This document shows positions 30,984 to 41,336 of a DNA stretch of 64,000 bases, piece by piece. Below the pieces are notes generated by a model. The model saw only the letters and a program-made list of their open reading frames with translations. It was not told the origin of the DNA and ran no database searches. Source of the stretch: a virus (Duplodnaviria > Caudoviricetes); IMG/VR virus record IMGVR_UViG_3300002179_000002, positions 11,861 through 75,860 of that record. One strand, 5' to 3'. Every line of letters starts with the position of its first letter. The stretch's first letter is position 1. The translations under genes and the position numbers were made by a program.

Positions 30984-31639
30984 AAACACTAACATTTTTA
31001 TTACTGATAATGTCCTTAGTTGGATATGGTCAAAATAAATTACAGGTATTGGATAATAATACGCTTTATACAAAATCTGGTGAACCCTATTATAAGTGTC
31101 CCGTTTGTAAGATTGGGATAATGACAAAAATGGCACAGTATAAAGATAACCCATACATACACGCATTCCAGTGTGGAAAATGTGGCAATATGGCAGATGA
31201 AAAAATGTTAGTGTATAAAGCAAAGAAACCTGTTATTAAAACAAAACAACCAAACCGATTTGACAAAGAATTTAAGAAGGCAGATTCGACATTTGATATT
31301 GCAACCCCAAAACATTTATCTGATTTTACTATCAGTAGAACAAATTATGATAATAATTATCCTTCTATTGGTTCTTATAATTCAGATGTTAATACAGCAA
31401 AAGTAACCATTGAATCAAACGGTAAATTTACAATTAACCTTGATGGATTTAAAGTTACAGATACGATTTGGATAACAGCAGGAAAGCGAAAAGTGGGAAT
31501 ACCGGCATTTAAGTTTTTGGAATATTTTAAAGATGAACCAACTGTGATATGGAGTAATGGAAGTTTATTTAATCATATAACTCCTACAGATGGTCGGACA
31601 TTAGAATATAAAATAGTTACTGAACTACCAATTAAATAA
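30980..31639 (+). CDS. Secreted-type protein with zinc ribbon (start corrected to ATG 30980)
   Basis: Signal peptide MKTLTFLLLIMSLVGYG/Q; CPVC...CGKC. Confidence 0.55.
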   Translation: MKTLTFLLLIMSLVGYGQNKLQVLDNNTLYTKSGEPYYKCPVCKIGIMTKMAQYKDNPYIHAFQCGKCGNMADEKMLVYKAKKPVIKTKQPNRFDKEFKKADSTFDIATPKHLSDFTISRTNYDNNYPSIGSYNSDVNTAKVTIESNGKFTINLDGFKVTDTIWITAGKRKVGIPAFKFLEYFKDEPTVIWSNGSLFNHITPTDGRTLEYKIVTELPIK

Positions 31640-31641
31640 TT

Positions 31642-32184
31642 ATGGCTTGTCAATGTGGTTCAGAATATATAGTGAATAAGAAGTATAATTGTTGTCAAAG
31701 CTGCAATTTTTTACGAATTCATGGAAAAACGGAGTTTGAGGTATCTATAACGAAGGCAAAGCAAAAGATGAAGGATAATATCAATAAAGAAAGATCTATT
31801 GTTACACCTAAGAAAAAACGTGTTGATCATAGTAAATCTGATGCTACAAAGCTGAAAAGGCAGGAAGTGGTGAGAAAAGACAGAGAGACATATGAAGAAG
31901 TCTGGTTGAACAAGCCTAATGAATGTGAGAACTGCGGCAGTCCACTTCCATCTTTCTTTCTTGATGAAGAGGATAATATAAATGCTATCTGGCAGTATAG
32001 CCATATTTTGGGGAAGGGGAACTGCCCTGAGTTTAGACATAAGGTTGAAAATTTCAATCGATTATGTTTTAAATGTCATGGATTATGGGAGTTCGCACCT
32101 ATTGAAGAAAAGAAAAAGATGAAGATATATGAACCAAATCAAATAATTATTCAACAACTATATGATGAAAGGAACGGACTATGA
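31642..32184 (+). CDS. HNH-family (NinG-like) nuclease
   Basis: CENCG...SHILGKG...ENFNRLCFKCH. Confidence 0.7.
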   Translation: MACQCGSEYIVNKKYNCCQSCNFLRIHGKTEFEVSITKAKQKMKDNINKERSIVTPKKKRVDHSKSDATKLKRQEVVRKDRETYEEVWLNKPNECENCGSPLPSFFLDEEDNINAIWQYSHILGKGNCPEFRHKVENFNRLCFKCHGLWEFAPIEEKKKMKIYEPNQIIIQQLYDERNGL

Positions 32185-32600
32185 GAGAACATTTATTTAG
32201 AGGTAAAATATTTGCAAGCAATTTTTGGATTTCTGGATATTTTTATAAAATAAATGATTTACGCTATCTCAGATGGGGTGAAAGATCTCATCAGGTTATA
32301 CCAGAATCAGTTTGTGAATTCACTGGTAAGTATCTCAAGAAGAAACAGAAGCTATTTGAAAATGACATAGTTTTTGATGAAATAGAAGAGGATGAAGGTG
32401 ATAGAAGAATCTACTATGTTTGTAAGTATGTAGAAGCATGGGGCAAGTATGTATTCCTAACACAAGGAGATTTATATTGCTTAGAAGTTGGTGACCTTAG
32501 TAATGAACCAGAACTAGGTATAGACGACTCAGAAATGCTGCATTATGCAGGGACATATTTTGACAACCCAGAATTATTAGAAAATGGCCAACAAAATTGA
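32181..32600 (+). CDS. YopX-family protein
   Basis: MREHLFRGK...VCEFTG...FENDIV...FDNPELLE. Confidence 0.8.
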   Translation: MREHLFRGKIFASNFWISGYFYKINDLRYLRWGERSHQVIPESVCEFTGKYLKKKQKLFENDIVFDEIEEDEGDRRIYYVCKYVEAWGKYVFLTQGDLYCLEVGDLSNEPELGIDDSEMLHYAGTYFDNPELLENGQQN

Positions 32601-32796
32601 AATGAATTCGGCGTATGAATTTTTATCATATTTTACGTTGATAAGCACAGAAAAGAAGCGTAAATATTGGGATGATCTAATGCGTGCTGAATACTATAAG
32701 ATGGATAATGATCAGGTTGATTTAATGGTGTTTTATGGGATTTATGATAAGTTTGATAAACAAGTCAATTTATTGAGACAAATTAATCTGAATTAA
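32584..32796 (+). CDS. Hypothetical protein
   Basis: Operonic ORF. Confidence 0.5.
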   Translation: MANKIEMNSAYEFLSYFTLISTEKKRKYWDDLMRAEYYKMDNDQVDLMVFYGIYDKFDKQVNLLRQINLN

Positions 32797-32812
32797 GAAA
32801 ATAATAGAGGAT

Positions 32813-33343
32813 ATGAAGCAACATCTTAAAGAAGCTATTAAAAAATATAACAGAGAGGATAACAACAAACTCATCCACCCTATATCAGAGATAGACGGTC
32901 AAATAATAACTGAGATACTAGAGCTATTCAAGAAGATGAACTTTATAGCAGCTATTGACATAGTAGACAAGTGGAAGATGCAATCAGACGATGATACAGC
33001 ATTGGCGTTATTGGATCTTAACACCATCATAGCAAGAGAACAAGGAGACAATCCAGAGCAAGGAGATAAGGTAGTAAAGACTCCACCTATACCTGATAGG
33101 TTTGTACTGGCATTAGGGAGAAGACTTGACATGTGGTATGTATTGACCTACGACTGCATCGATTATATAGTGGGAGAAGAAATAAAATATTGTATCAAGC
33201 TCAACCCTACACCAGAGAATGTGAAACAAGTACCTATGTACAGCAATGAGCTGCTTATTTTTAAAAATGAAGAAGATAGAGAGGAAATACTTGAGATAAT
33301 GGATAGTTGGATGGAAACACATAGGGGTAAGTTCATAGGATAA
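32813..33343 (+). CDS. Hypothetical protein
   Basis: 176-aa ORF. Confidence 0.6.
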   Translation: MKQHLKEAIKKYNREDNNKLIHPISEIDGQIITEILELFKKMNFIAAIDIVDKWKMQSDDDTALALLDLNTIIAREQGDNPEQGDKVVKTPPIPDRFVLALGRRLDMWYVLTYDCIDYIVGEEIKYCIKLNPTPENVKQVPMYSNELLIFKNEEDREEILEIMDSWMETHRGKFIG

Positions 33344-33372
33344 TTTCGAAAGTAAAATAAAAAGATGAAAGA

Positions 33373-33576
33373 ATGTTTCTAAAGCAAAACATGACACTAC
33401 GAGTGTTCGTAAATTTTCTAAATAAAAATAAGGTGAAGAAGACAGGTAAACCATTCACTTCATCCGACGCACAAGCCTATTGTAGGAGAGGACACATACC
33501 CTTCTATTTGGGTGGTAATACGGTGACAGAGAACAGAAAGATTGAGGGATTAATTTTATATAATATTGAACAATGA
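33373..33576 (+). CDS. Small basic putative DNA-binding protein
   Basis: KKTGKPFTSSDAQAYCRRGHIP; the start may be at 33391. Confidence 0.5.
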   Translation: MFLKQNMTLRVFVNFLNKNKVKKTGKPFTSSDAQAYCRRGHIPFYLGGNTVTENRKIEGLILYNIEQ

Positions 33577-34004
33577 TAAAGGCAAGTGAATTACGAATTG
33601 GTAACTATGTATTTGACGACAAGGGATCAATACAAACCATTGAAGGAATAAGTAGAAAAGGGTCAATACATGAAGAGATAAGACTACTCTACTTTCATGG
33701 AGTTAAAGAACCAGACTTTGATAGAGCTTGTAACTCTATTCCATTAAATGAAGAATTAGTTCTAAAATTAGGTTTTATTGAAATCCCTGATGGATATTGG
33801 ACAGGGAGAGGAGATAAATCATTTAGGGCTTTTCAATTAGATGGTTTTAATCTAGTTTTAAATGATGAAGATAATTGTTTTTATACATGGAGCTATTGTG
33901 AAGATGAATGGTATTCTGAACTAGATATAAAAGTAGAGAGTGTGCATGATTTACAAAATACACACCATTCAAAATATAAGGAAGAAATTAAAATACAACT
34001 ATAA
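33573..34004 (+). CDS. Hypothetical phage protein (ELRIGN family)
   Basis: MIKASELRIGNYV...IPLNEE..LKLGF...VHDLQN, a pattern I associate with Bacteroidota phages. Confidence 0.65.
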   Translation: MIKASELRIGNYVFDDKGSIQTIEGISRKGSIHEEIRLLYFHGVKEPDFDRACNSIPLNEELVLKLGFIEIPDGYWTGRGDKSFRAFQLDGFNLVLNDEDNCFYTWSYCEDEWYSELDIKVESVHDLQNTHHSKYKEEIKIQL

Positions 34005-34007
34005 ATT

Positions 34008-34664
34008 ATGGATTCACCTTACAAGAATTGGATTTCTATTGACACAGAAACCGGAGGTTTGCCGAATGGTAAAGATAAAAAAGCCTTCTTGGATATAGCA
34101 TTAACGGAAATTGCGATGGTCTCTATTAATCAGAATTTAGAGATAGAAGACAAAGCATCATGGTTAGTCAAACCATATAAAGAAGGTTTGATTTATGACA
34201 AAGGGGCAGAAATAGCTTCAGGGATTTCGAAGCAGATGGTAGAGGAACAAGGTTATGATTTATCAATAGTTCTTAAAGGGATGATTGATTTCTTTAAGAA
34301 GAATAAGGTGGGAGGGAAATTACCTGTAGCATTTGGCCATAATTTTTGCAAATTTGACATGCCATTCATCATAAACATGTTTGAGTATTGTAAGGAAGAT
34401 CTTGGGAAGTACATCCAACCAGAAGTAGAAGATACTCTGAAGTGGGGAAGGATGTGCTGGACTGAGAGCAATAATTTCAAGTTGGGAACCTGCTGTGAGA
34501 ATGCAGGAATCACTTTAATGGACGCCCATCGTGCTGGCAGTGACACGCTAGCTACTGCAGAATTGATGATTTATTTTCAAAAAAGATTACGAGGCGAAGG
34601 GCAAGTAACTATATCAGAATCAACTACTACAACTAAAACATTCAGAGAACAATTCCAACTATGA
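34008..34664 (+). CDS. DEDDh 3'-5' exonuclease (DNA Pol III epsilon-like)
   Basis: IDTETGG, GHN..FD and AHRAGSD motifs. Confidence 0.9.
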   Translation: MDSPYKNWISIDTETGGLPNGKDKKAFLDIALTEIAMVSINQNLEIEDKASWLVKPYKEGLIYDKGAEIASGISKQMVEEQGYDLSIVLKGMIDFFKKNKVGGKLPVAFGHNFCKFDMPFIINMFEYCKEDLGKYIQPEVEDTLKWGRMCWTESNNFKLGTCCENAGITLMDAHRAGSDTLATAELMIYFQKRLRGEGQVTISESTTTTKTFREQFQL

Positions 34665-36349
34665 GCAAAGTAATAGATTTAGAGTCTAAGAATGTACCTC
34701 TCTCCAAACAACAAATTCTGAACGTTTATAAATACACTGGTGAGATCATTAACAACCTATCAGACAAGGCACTACAAGAACTGATGGATGGTTATAGTAA
34801 TGATTTGGACAAGTTGTTGAATGAAATGACTATCCAAGTAAGCAGTGTAATTAACTATAATTCAGCTACTTTAGAGAGTGAAAAGCTTGATTATCTTGAG
34901 TATCTGGAGAAGGCCATAGATGAGAATTTGAAGATAATGAACTTCTCATATTTCTGCACTACAGTGTTGACAAATTTCGTGATGCATACGCGTAACATCG
35001 AGTGGGCTAACTTAGTAGAGCTCTACCCCTGGTCAGCTTATTTATGTCAACGAGGGAGTGGGAAGAGTTTTCAGTTCTGTTACGCACTACCACTGTTTAA
35101 ACTTTACGGGTATAAGAGACCACACCCACTGATAGCAGAAACAAAAGTTGAGCATTTAAGAAAAGAAACATGTATAATTACTAACACCTCTATTTTAGGT
35201 GGTTTACATGTGGCTAAGATTGTGGAGGAGATAAATCTAAATGATATACTATCCTATAAGTTGAACCCAAATGGGAAAGCTAATCTAGGGAAGGAATCAA
35301 TAACAACAGAAACAGGGTCAATATTACACAGACGGTCAAAAGATTCCGCGCTCCGTGGCTTACATGTGGGTACAGCAATAACGGATGACTTTCTTGATAA
35401 GTCAAGTTTATATTCAAGAGAACAGCGTGAGAAGGTATTAGAAGTTTTCAATGCCGAAATTTGTAATATTGTCGATCAAGGTGGATCAAATATTGTCAGT
35501 GGTACACCATTTCACCAACAGGACTTATATTCATCGTTAAGAGATGGTAAATTATTTAAAGTATTCTCTTACCCTGGTATCATGCCTAATATGGAGTTAC
35601 TTGCACCAGATAGATTTTCTTTTGACTATTTAATGGATCTAAAGAAGTCTTTAGGTTCTATAGTATTTGCAAGAGAAATTCTTGTGTCTCCTATTTCAGA
35701 CTCTTCAACACTCTTCCCCTATGAGTATTTAATGCGAAGTACAATAGGAATGGAGAATATTAGATATGTAGAAAATATTGAGTCTTTTCCAATAAAAATG
35801 GAGAGAATAGCAGTAGGTTGTGATTTTGCAATATCAGGGGCAATAGGTGCTGACTCCTCAGTATTCTCAGTATTAGGCAGAGATAAGAATAAGAATATTT
35901 ATCTTCTCTCCTACTGGCGGGCTAAAGGCGCATCACATAATGAACAAGTGTCGCAGATTGTTTCTATTAATGATAGATTTAAACCTAATGTTATAGTAAT
36001 GGAGTCAAATGGCTTCCAGAAGATTCTCGCGGACATGGTCAAACAAAGAGGTGTAAGAAATGTAAAGGAATTCACTACCACTTCAGGTGTAAAACGAGAC
36101 TTGTATGTTGGTTTGCCAAGTATGTCAGCTGTTTTTGAACGTGGAGAGATAAAGATTCCTTATAACCCAGATGAAGAGACACAGGAGAAGACACAGTTAA
36201 TTTTCTCGGAATTTAATGGTGTTACGTTTAATGAGGATAGTGGTAAGTTGGAGAATTCTGTAGATCATGACGATTTGGTAATGTCCATTTTTATGGCTGC
36301 TACAGAGTTGAGAGAGAACAATAAAATGCTTGAAATGTTTATGGTTTAA
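34661..36349 (+). CDS. Terminase large subunit
   Basis: QRGSGKS Walker A, LRGLH...DDFL Walker B, GTPF coupling motif, GCDFA and HDDLVMS nuclease motifs. Confidence 0.9.
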   Translation: MSKVIDLESKNVPLSKQQILNVYKYTGEIINNLSDKALQELMDGYSNDLDKLLNEMTIQVSSVINYNSATLESEKLDYLEYLEKAIDENLKIMNFSYFCTTVLTNFVMHTRNIEWANLVELYPWSAYLCQRGSGKSFQFCYALPLFKLYGYKRPHPLIAETKVEHLRKETCIITNTSILGGLHVAKIVEEINLNDILSYKLNPNGKANLGKESITTETGSILHRRSKDSALRGLHVGTAITDDFLDKSSLYSREQREKVLEVFNAEICNIVDQGGSNIVSGTPFHQQDLYSSLRDGKLFKVFSYPGIMPNMELLAPDRFSFDYLMDLKKSLGSIVFAREILVSPISDSSTLFPYEYLMRSTIGMENIRYVENIESFPIKMERIAVGCDFAISGAIGADSSVFSVLGRDKNKNIYLLSYWRAKGASHNEQVSQIVSINDRFKPNVIVMESNGFQKILADMVKQRGVRNVKEFTTTSGVKRDLYVGLPSMSAVFERGEIKIPYNPDEETQEKTQLIFSEFNGVTFNEDSGKLENSVDHDDLVMSIFMAATELRENNKMLEMFMV

Positions 36350-36357
36350 ATTATATT

Positions 36358-36387
36358 TTTGTTTCTGAATTGAAAATATTAATTTTA
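36358..36387 (+). promoter_or_regulatory. Putative promoter (TTTG-N18-TAATTTTA)
   Basis: Recurrent motif upstream of the helicase gene. Confidence 0.5.
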
Positions 36388-36408
36388 TTGAATAATTAAA
36401 TTTCGTAA

Positions 36409-37800
36409 ATGGCCACTACCGCACTCTCAACAGTCTTCCTCGAGGAAACGCTAAGGTTGGCGTTCTTGAAGAAGAGCTTCTTAGAAAAAATCACTCCGCA
36501 TCTTAAATTCCAGTACTTACCTTCTCCCGAATTAAAGCAGATCTACAAGGATATCACTAACCACTATTCTCTGACTGGGACTCTACCTACTATAGGCACG
36601 ATCTATGAGAAGAATAAGGACAATGATAAGCTCCTGAATGTCTTAAATAGGATAAAGGAGAGCGAAATTGTTGATCCTCAAACGTTGCTTGTGCAACTGG
36701 AAAAGTATGTGAAAGATGTGCGTTTCGCTGAGCTGTGGGATAAAGTGATGCAGAAGCATCAGTCAGGCGAGAAGGAGCAGGCAGTCAAGATGATGGCCGA
36801 AGGCAGTCAAGAGATAGTTGAGTTCTCCATATTGAAAGACAATGGAAATTTCCTGAAGGTGTTCGAAGATTTCCAGAAAGTGCAACTGGAGAAACAGATA
36901 AAGAAAGAGGAGAACATTGTCAATTATGATAAAATACCTTTTGGCATATTACCATTAGACATAGTTACAGAAGGCGGAATGGATAGAAAAGACACTGTTC
37001 TTTTCATCCTACGTTCAGGAATAGGCAAGTCAACTGTATTGAAGTGGATAGGGATGTATGCCTGCAGATTAGGGTATGATGTTTTGCACATTCAACTTGA
37101 AGGAAGTTCTGAGGAATGCATGGATAAGTACACTCAAGTATGGTCTGCAATTAGTTATAGCGCAGCTAAAACTGGAAATATAGAGTCTGAGAAATATCAT
37201 AAACTTCTTTCTATTGCTCAAGATATGGTCGTCTTGAAACATGATATATCTATAAAATCATTTGAGTCTTTCGATGAGAGCACTATGGTCGATGTCAGAG
37301 ATGCAGTGGTCGAATATATAAAAGAGAGAGGCAAAGCTCCAGATTTATTGCTGTTTGATAGTATGGACTTAGCTGATCCTGGTGATGGAGTTAAGTATAG
37401 TGCTGATACTCAATCAGTTAAGATGAAAATTAACAACTCATCAAGGAAATTTAAAAATATATGTAATGAATTCGATATGCGAGGAATTACAGCTTTACAA
37501 GCATCTGAAGTAAAAGCTGAAGTTTGGAATGACCCAGGGAGAACAATCACTCGTAGTGACGCTGCTGGAGATAAGTCGGTAGCCAACTCGTATTCGATGG
37601 TTTTCACTGGAAATCAGACACTCGATGAGGAGAAGAGAAGAACAATGAGGATATATATCGACAAGATGCGTTATTATTCTATGAGGAATAGAACATATCC
37701 CATATGCACGAATTTTGCCATCGGACGCTTCTTTGATCTGCAGCGTACAAAACGCGTTTTTAAGGATATTTATTTCCAAAGTGAGGAAGACAAACAATAA
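36409..37800 (+). CDS. Replicative DNA helicase (DnaB/SF4-like)
   Basis: RSGIGKST Walker A, HIQLE, FDSMDL, TALQ and IDKMR motifs. Confidence 0.88.
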   Translation: MATTALSTVFLEETLRLAFLKKSFLEKITPHLKFQYLPSPELKQIYKDITNHYSLTGTLPTIGTIYEKNKDNDKLLNVLNRIKESEIVDPQTLLVQLEKYVKDVRFAELWDKVMQKHQSGEKEQAVKMMAEGSQEIVEFSILKDNGNFLKVFEDFQKVQLEKQIKKEENIVNYDKIPFGILPLDIVTEGGMDRKDTVLFILRSGIGKSTVLKWIGMYACRLGYDVLHIQLEGSSEECMDKYTQVWSAISYSAAKTGNIESEKYHKLLSIAQDMVVLKHDISIKSFESFDESTMVDVRDAVVEYIKERGKAPDLLLFDSMDLADPGDGVKYSADTQSVKMKINNSSRKFKNICNEFDMRGITALQASEVKAEVWNDPGRTITRSDAAGDKSVANSYSMVFTGNQTLDEEKRRTMRIYIDKMRYYSMRNRTYPICTNFAIGRFFDLQRTKRVFKDIYFQSEEDKQ

Positions 37801-37803
37801 AAT

Positions 37804-38835
37804 ATGGATTATCAGAAAATTTATGATCAAATAGTTATTAGAGCTAGATCTGAGAATAGAAAAAAGAAACAGGGAATTTACTACGAGAATCATCATATTT
37901 TGCCCAGAGGCTTAGGTGGTAGTGACATTGATGAAAATTTAGTTTTGCTTACTGCCAGGGAGCATTATATCTGTCATAGATTACTAGTTGAGATATATGT
38001 AGGAAATTCAACATTGGCTTATGCTTTGTGGATGATGGTTCATTCAAAGACAAAATTTCAACAACGAGATTATAAAATATCTTCGCGAGAATATGAGAGG
38101 CATCGAATTATGCATGCCGAGAATGTTTCTAAGAATCAAAGTGGAGAGAACTCGTCGTTTTATGGCGTTCATAGATATGGAGAGGATTCTTATAGATGGG
38201 GGATGACGCATACAGAAGAAACTAAATTAAAAATTAGTATTACTAAGACAGGGGTAACAATGTCTGTGGAAGTGAGAGAAGCAATAAGTAAAGGGCATTC
38301 GGGCGAGAAAAGCATATGGTTCGACGTTCATAGATATGGAGAAGATAATCCAAATTTTGGACATTTGTGGACAGAGGAAATGAAACTTAGAGATAAAGAA
38401 ATAATGCTGAATAAAGAAGATATTATTTGCCCCTACTGTGGCGTGTCTGGTCATCCCTCTATAATGAAAAGGTGGCATTTCGATAATTGCAAAATGAATC
38501 CCAATAGAGAGAAGAAATTATTATTTAAGTGTGATTGGTGCGATTATACTAGTGAAAACGAAGTTAACATACGTAGAAGGCATAATGATAAATGCAAAGA
38601 AAATCCAGATAGAATCATAACGATTTATGAGTGCGAATTCTGTGGGTTTACTTCAACTGAAAAAGGACACATTACTAATCATAAACGATTTTGTGAGTTA
38701 AATCCCGAAGGAAAAGCAAGACCCATAATAACTTGCGAATATTGTGGACTACAGAGTACTAATCAAGCTAATATGACACGCTTTCATGGAGACAAATGCC
38801 CCTCTCCAAACAACCCTTTAAATGAACAAGTCTAA
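37804..38835 (+). CDS. Free-standing HNH homing endonuclease with NUMOD3 motifs and four C-terminal CCHC fingers
   Basis: ENHHILPRGLGGSD..ENLVLLTAREHYICH; HTEETKLKIS; four CxxC...H...C units. Confidence 0.85.
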   Translation: MDYQKIYDQIVIRARSENRKKKQGIYYENHHILPRGLGGSDIDENLVLLTAREHYICHRLLVEIYVGNSTLAYALWMMVHSKTKFQQRDYKISSREYERHRIMHAENVSKNQSGENSSFYGVHRYGEDSYRWGMTHTEETKLKISITKTGVTMSVEVREAISKGHSGEKSIWFDVHRYGEDNPNFGHLWTEEMKLRDKEIMLNKEDIICPYCGVSGHPSIMKRWHFDNCKMNPNREKKLLFKCDWCDYTSENEVNIRRRHNDKCKENPDRIITIYECEFCGFTSTEKGHITNHKRFCELNPEGKARPIITCEYCGLQSTNQANMTRFHGDKCPSPNNPLNEQV

Positions 38836-39796
38836 GATCATATCTGAATTCTCCCTCACCACTTTCGGAAGTAAGGGGTTTCTTAAGGGTCAATTGTACT
38901 GTCCAGAATGCAGTCGTAATGATAAGTTTGGAATCCTATTCAAAGAGAACGGAGCTCTCTGTCACTGTTTCTACTGCTCGACATCATACTCCCTCAACAA
39001 GATACTGAGAGATATCGGCAGAACAGACCTGCTCGAGTACGACTTCGATTACGAGCCGACATCTTCGTTGGCTCCCCTCAAGAAAGAAGAGGAGATAGCA
39101 GATGACAAAGACACAAAGCTGCCTATTGGCTTTATGAGGATCAAGCAGGATGACTATCTCGATGCGAGAGGCTTCACGCCTGAGCAGTACGATCAGTTCC
39201 ATGTAGGGGTCGCTGAGTTGGACCCAAAGACTGAGGATAAGATAGTATTCCAACTGTATCAGCACGACGTCCCTGCTGGATGGATGGCGAGGTCCAGGAA
39301 GTCCAAGGAGTGGCATCATGAGAATCTTAGGCGGCACAGAGAGCTTGGAGAGCCACTCGTGCTGAGATACAGGAACTCAAACAATGACTTCAGCAGGATG
39401 CTTGGCGGATTGGACGAGATAATGAAAGACACTCATACTCTGATCTTGGTCGAGGGCATCATGGACAAAGCCAACATAGATCGGTTGATGCATCTGAATG
39501 AGCAGCAGGAGATAAAGTGCTGCTTCACATTCGGCTCTGACCTTAGCATCAACCAGATAGACCTCATTCCAGAGTCAGTAGATACGGTCATACTGATGTA
39601 TGACGCTGGGACCATAAAGATGATGAAGCTGGCTGGAGGCAGGTTGATGTCAAGCTTTGATGTCCAAGTGGCGCTGATAGAGGGCAGAGATGCAGACCCT
39701 GGCAGCATATCTGAAAAAGAATTGTCGAAATTACTTTCTAATCTGAAAAGTTTTATTTATTTTTATAGCTTCCTAGACAACTTCAAGACAATTTAG
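38822..39796 (+). CDS. DNA primase
   Basis: CPEC...CFYC zinc finger; LVEGIMD and MYD TOPRIM motifs; DPG. Confidence 0.88.
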   Translation: MNKSKIISEFSLTTFGSKGFLKGQLYCPECSRNDKFGILFKENGALCHCFYCSTSYSLNKILRDIGRTDLLEYDFDYEPTSSLAPLKKEEEIADDKDTKLPIGFMRIKQDDYLDARGFTPEQYDQFHVGVAELDPKTEDKIVFQLYQHDVPAGWMARSRKSKEWHHENLRRHRELGEPLVLRYRNSNNDFSRMLGGLDEIMKDTHTLILVEGIMDKANIDRLMHLNEQQEIKCCFTFGSDLSINQIDLIPESVDTVILMYDAGTIKMMKLAGGRLMSSFDVQVALIEGRDADPGSISEKELSKLLSNLKSFIYFYSFLDNFKTI

Positions 39797-41308
39797 ATGG
39801 AAGATATTTTTAAATCGATTCAAGAGGGTATTAATTTACAGAGAGAGTGGATCGCGAAGTCGTTTACGATCAATATTGATATCGAAAAGGGAAAGAAGTC
39901 TCCTATTGGAGCTATTCACGTTAATAAACAAGGAACTTGGGTCAAAGTATCTGATACTGGTAATGGTCACAAGGATTGGGTTTTGGAGAAAAAAGTTAAG
40001 TCTGAATCTAAAATCGAAGAGAAGGAAGAGTGTTCAAAATCAGAATTAAAATCAGAGAAAATTAAAATGAATGAGAGTTTCCCGAAAAATTTTAATATTG
40101 CTAGGGAGAATCTGACGACATCAGAAATGTTTCAAAAAACATCAAAAGGAAAATTTAAAGATCAAAATGAACTATATGATAAATTAGGAGGCAAAGAGAA
40201 TTTAGAGAAAAAATTAAAAAGTTTTATTAATGACAGTGCCGTTTATATGGCTATTAAGAGTGGAACGCTTATTAGAGAGATTATTAATAAATCAGACGCA
40301 TTTAAAAATAGTCTTGAAACGGGAAAAGGGTCTTTTAAAACGATTGGAGAAGAGAGAACGCTGAAAGAGAAGTTTATTTTTGGCATAGATACAGAAGCTA
40401 ATTCAAGCGAAGCAGATAATTTTCCAAAATACGGATTTATTTCTTCAAAAGAAGAGATGAGTTATGAACCTATCTCCGAAGGAAATTATGGAAATGCATA
40501 TGTAAAATTTAAGACATCTGCTGTCAAAGATAGAACTAGTATTACTTTGGGAGATTCGTTCAATGATAATGGTTCTATCTCGTATAAAGGTCAAATAGAT
40601 TTAACTTCTGTAGCGCCCCCTACTAAATTAAATGATGTAGATGATAAACTCATTTGGGGCATTAATAATAATGATCCTAACTCAGATATGTGGAATAAAA
40701 TAAATGAAGCTAAAAATATTGATGAATTTACAGAAGCATCTGTTTCTTCATATATGGAAGCTCAAATATATGGGAAGCTGTCTATAGATGATGTTGATAG
40801 CATTTTTGTAAGTTCTATAAAGGAAGCAGATTCTTTTAACGCAGCGTTGAAAAAGGCAGGTAGAGAAATAAAAGTTTTGCCTTGTAAATTTGATAATAGA
40901 TTAAACAATCTTGTGGGTGGTTATCATAGAGGGGATGGTCCTAGATATCGCGCTTCATTAAATCCAAGTGATATTGATAATCTTGGCGATTATTACATAG
41001 ATATATTAGCTAATAAATGGCTTGCTGAGTCAGAAGTTGAAGTTAAGCATAATGCATTACCCTCTGGACTAGTTTTACTTGCTAAAAAATATAATCAGTT
41101 TACTAAAGATGAGCAAGGTCGTAAGGTAAGAATTCATTCAGATATAAGTATGGAAGACAAAAGAAATTGGCTTAAGAAATTCTACGAACTAATGTCTAAT
41201 GGAGATGATGGAGGAATGCCTTTCTTTTGGCGTGAAGATTATAGAAAAACAATAGGAGGATTCACTGATGATGTGATGAATAAGAAACTATTGATAAAAT
41301 ATAAATAA
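39797..41308 (+). CDS. Leader-bearing DUF3626-like protein (possible ADP-ribosyltransferase fold), putative packaged effector
   Basis: FKNSLETG...PKYG...YG...KDRTSITLGDS...YMEAQIYG; leader and module shared with ORFs 22025 and 42152. Confidence 0.65.
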   Translation: MEDIFKSIQEGINLQREWIAKSFTINIDIEKGKKSPIGAIHVNKQGTWVKVSDTGNGHKDWVLEKKVKSESKIEEKEECSKSELKSEKIKMNESFPKNFNIARENLTTSEMFQKTSKGKFKDQNELYDKLGGKENLEKKLKSFINDSAVYMAIKSGTLIREIINKSDAFKNSLETGKGSFKTIGEERTLKEKFIFGIDTEANSSEADNFPKYGFISSKEEMSYEPISEGNYGNAYVKFKTSAVKDRTSITLGDSFNDNGSISYKGQIDLTSVAPPTKLNDVDDKLIWGINNNDPNSDMWNKINEAKNIDEFTEASVSSYMEAQIYGKLSIDDVDSIFVSSIKEADSFNAALKKAGREIKVLPCKFDNRLNNLVGGYHRGDGPRYRASLNPSDIDNLGDYYIDILANKWLAESEVEVKHNALPSGLVLLAKKYNQFTKDEQGRKVRIHSDISMEDKRNWLKKFYELMSNGDDGGMPFFWREDYRKTIGGFTDDVMNKKLLIKYK

Positions 41309-41336
41309 AATGATTAGACGAACATAGATAAATAAA

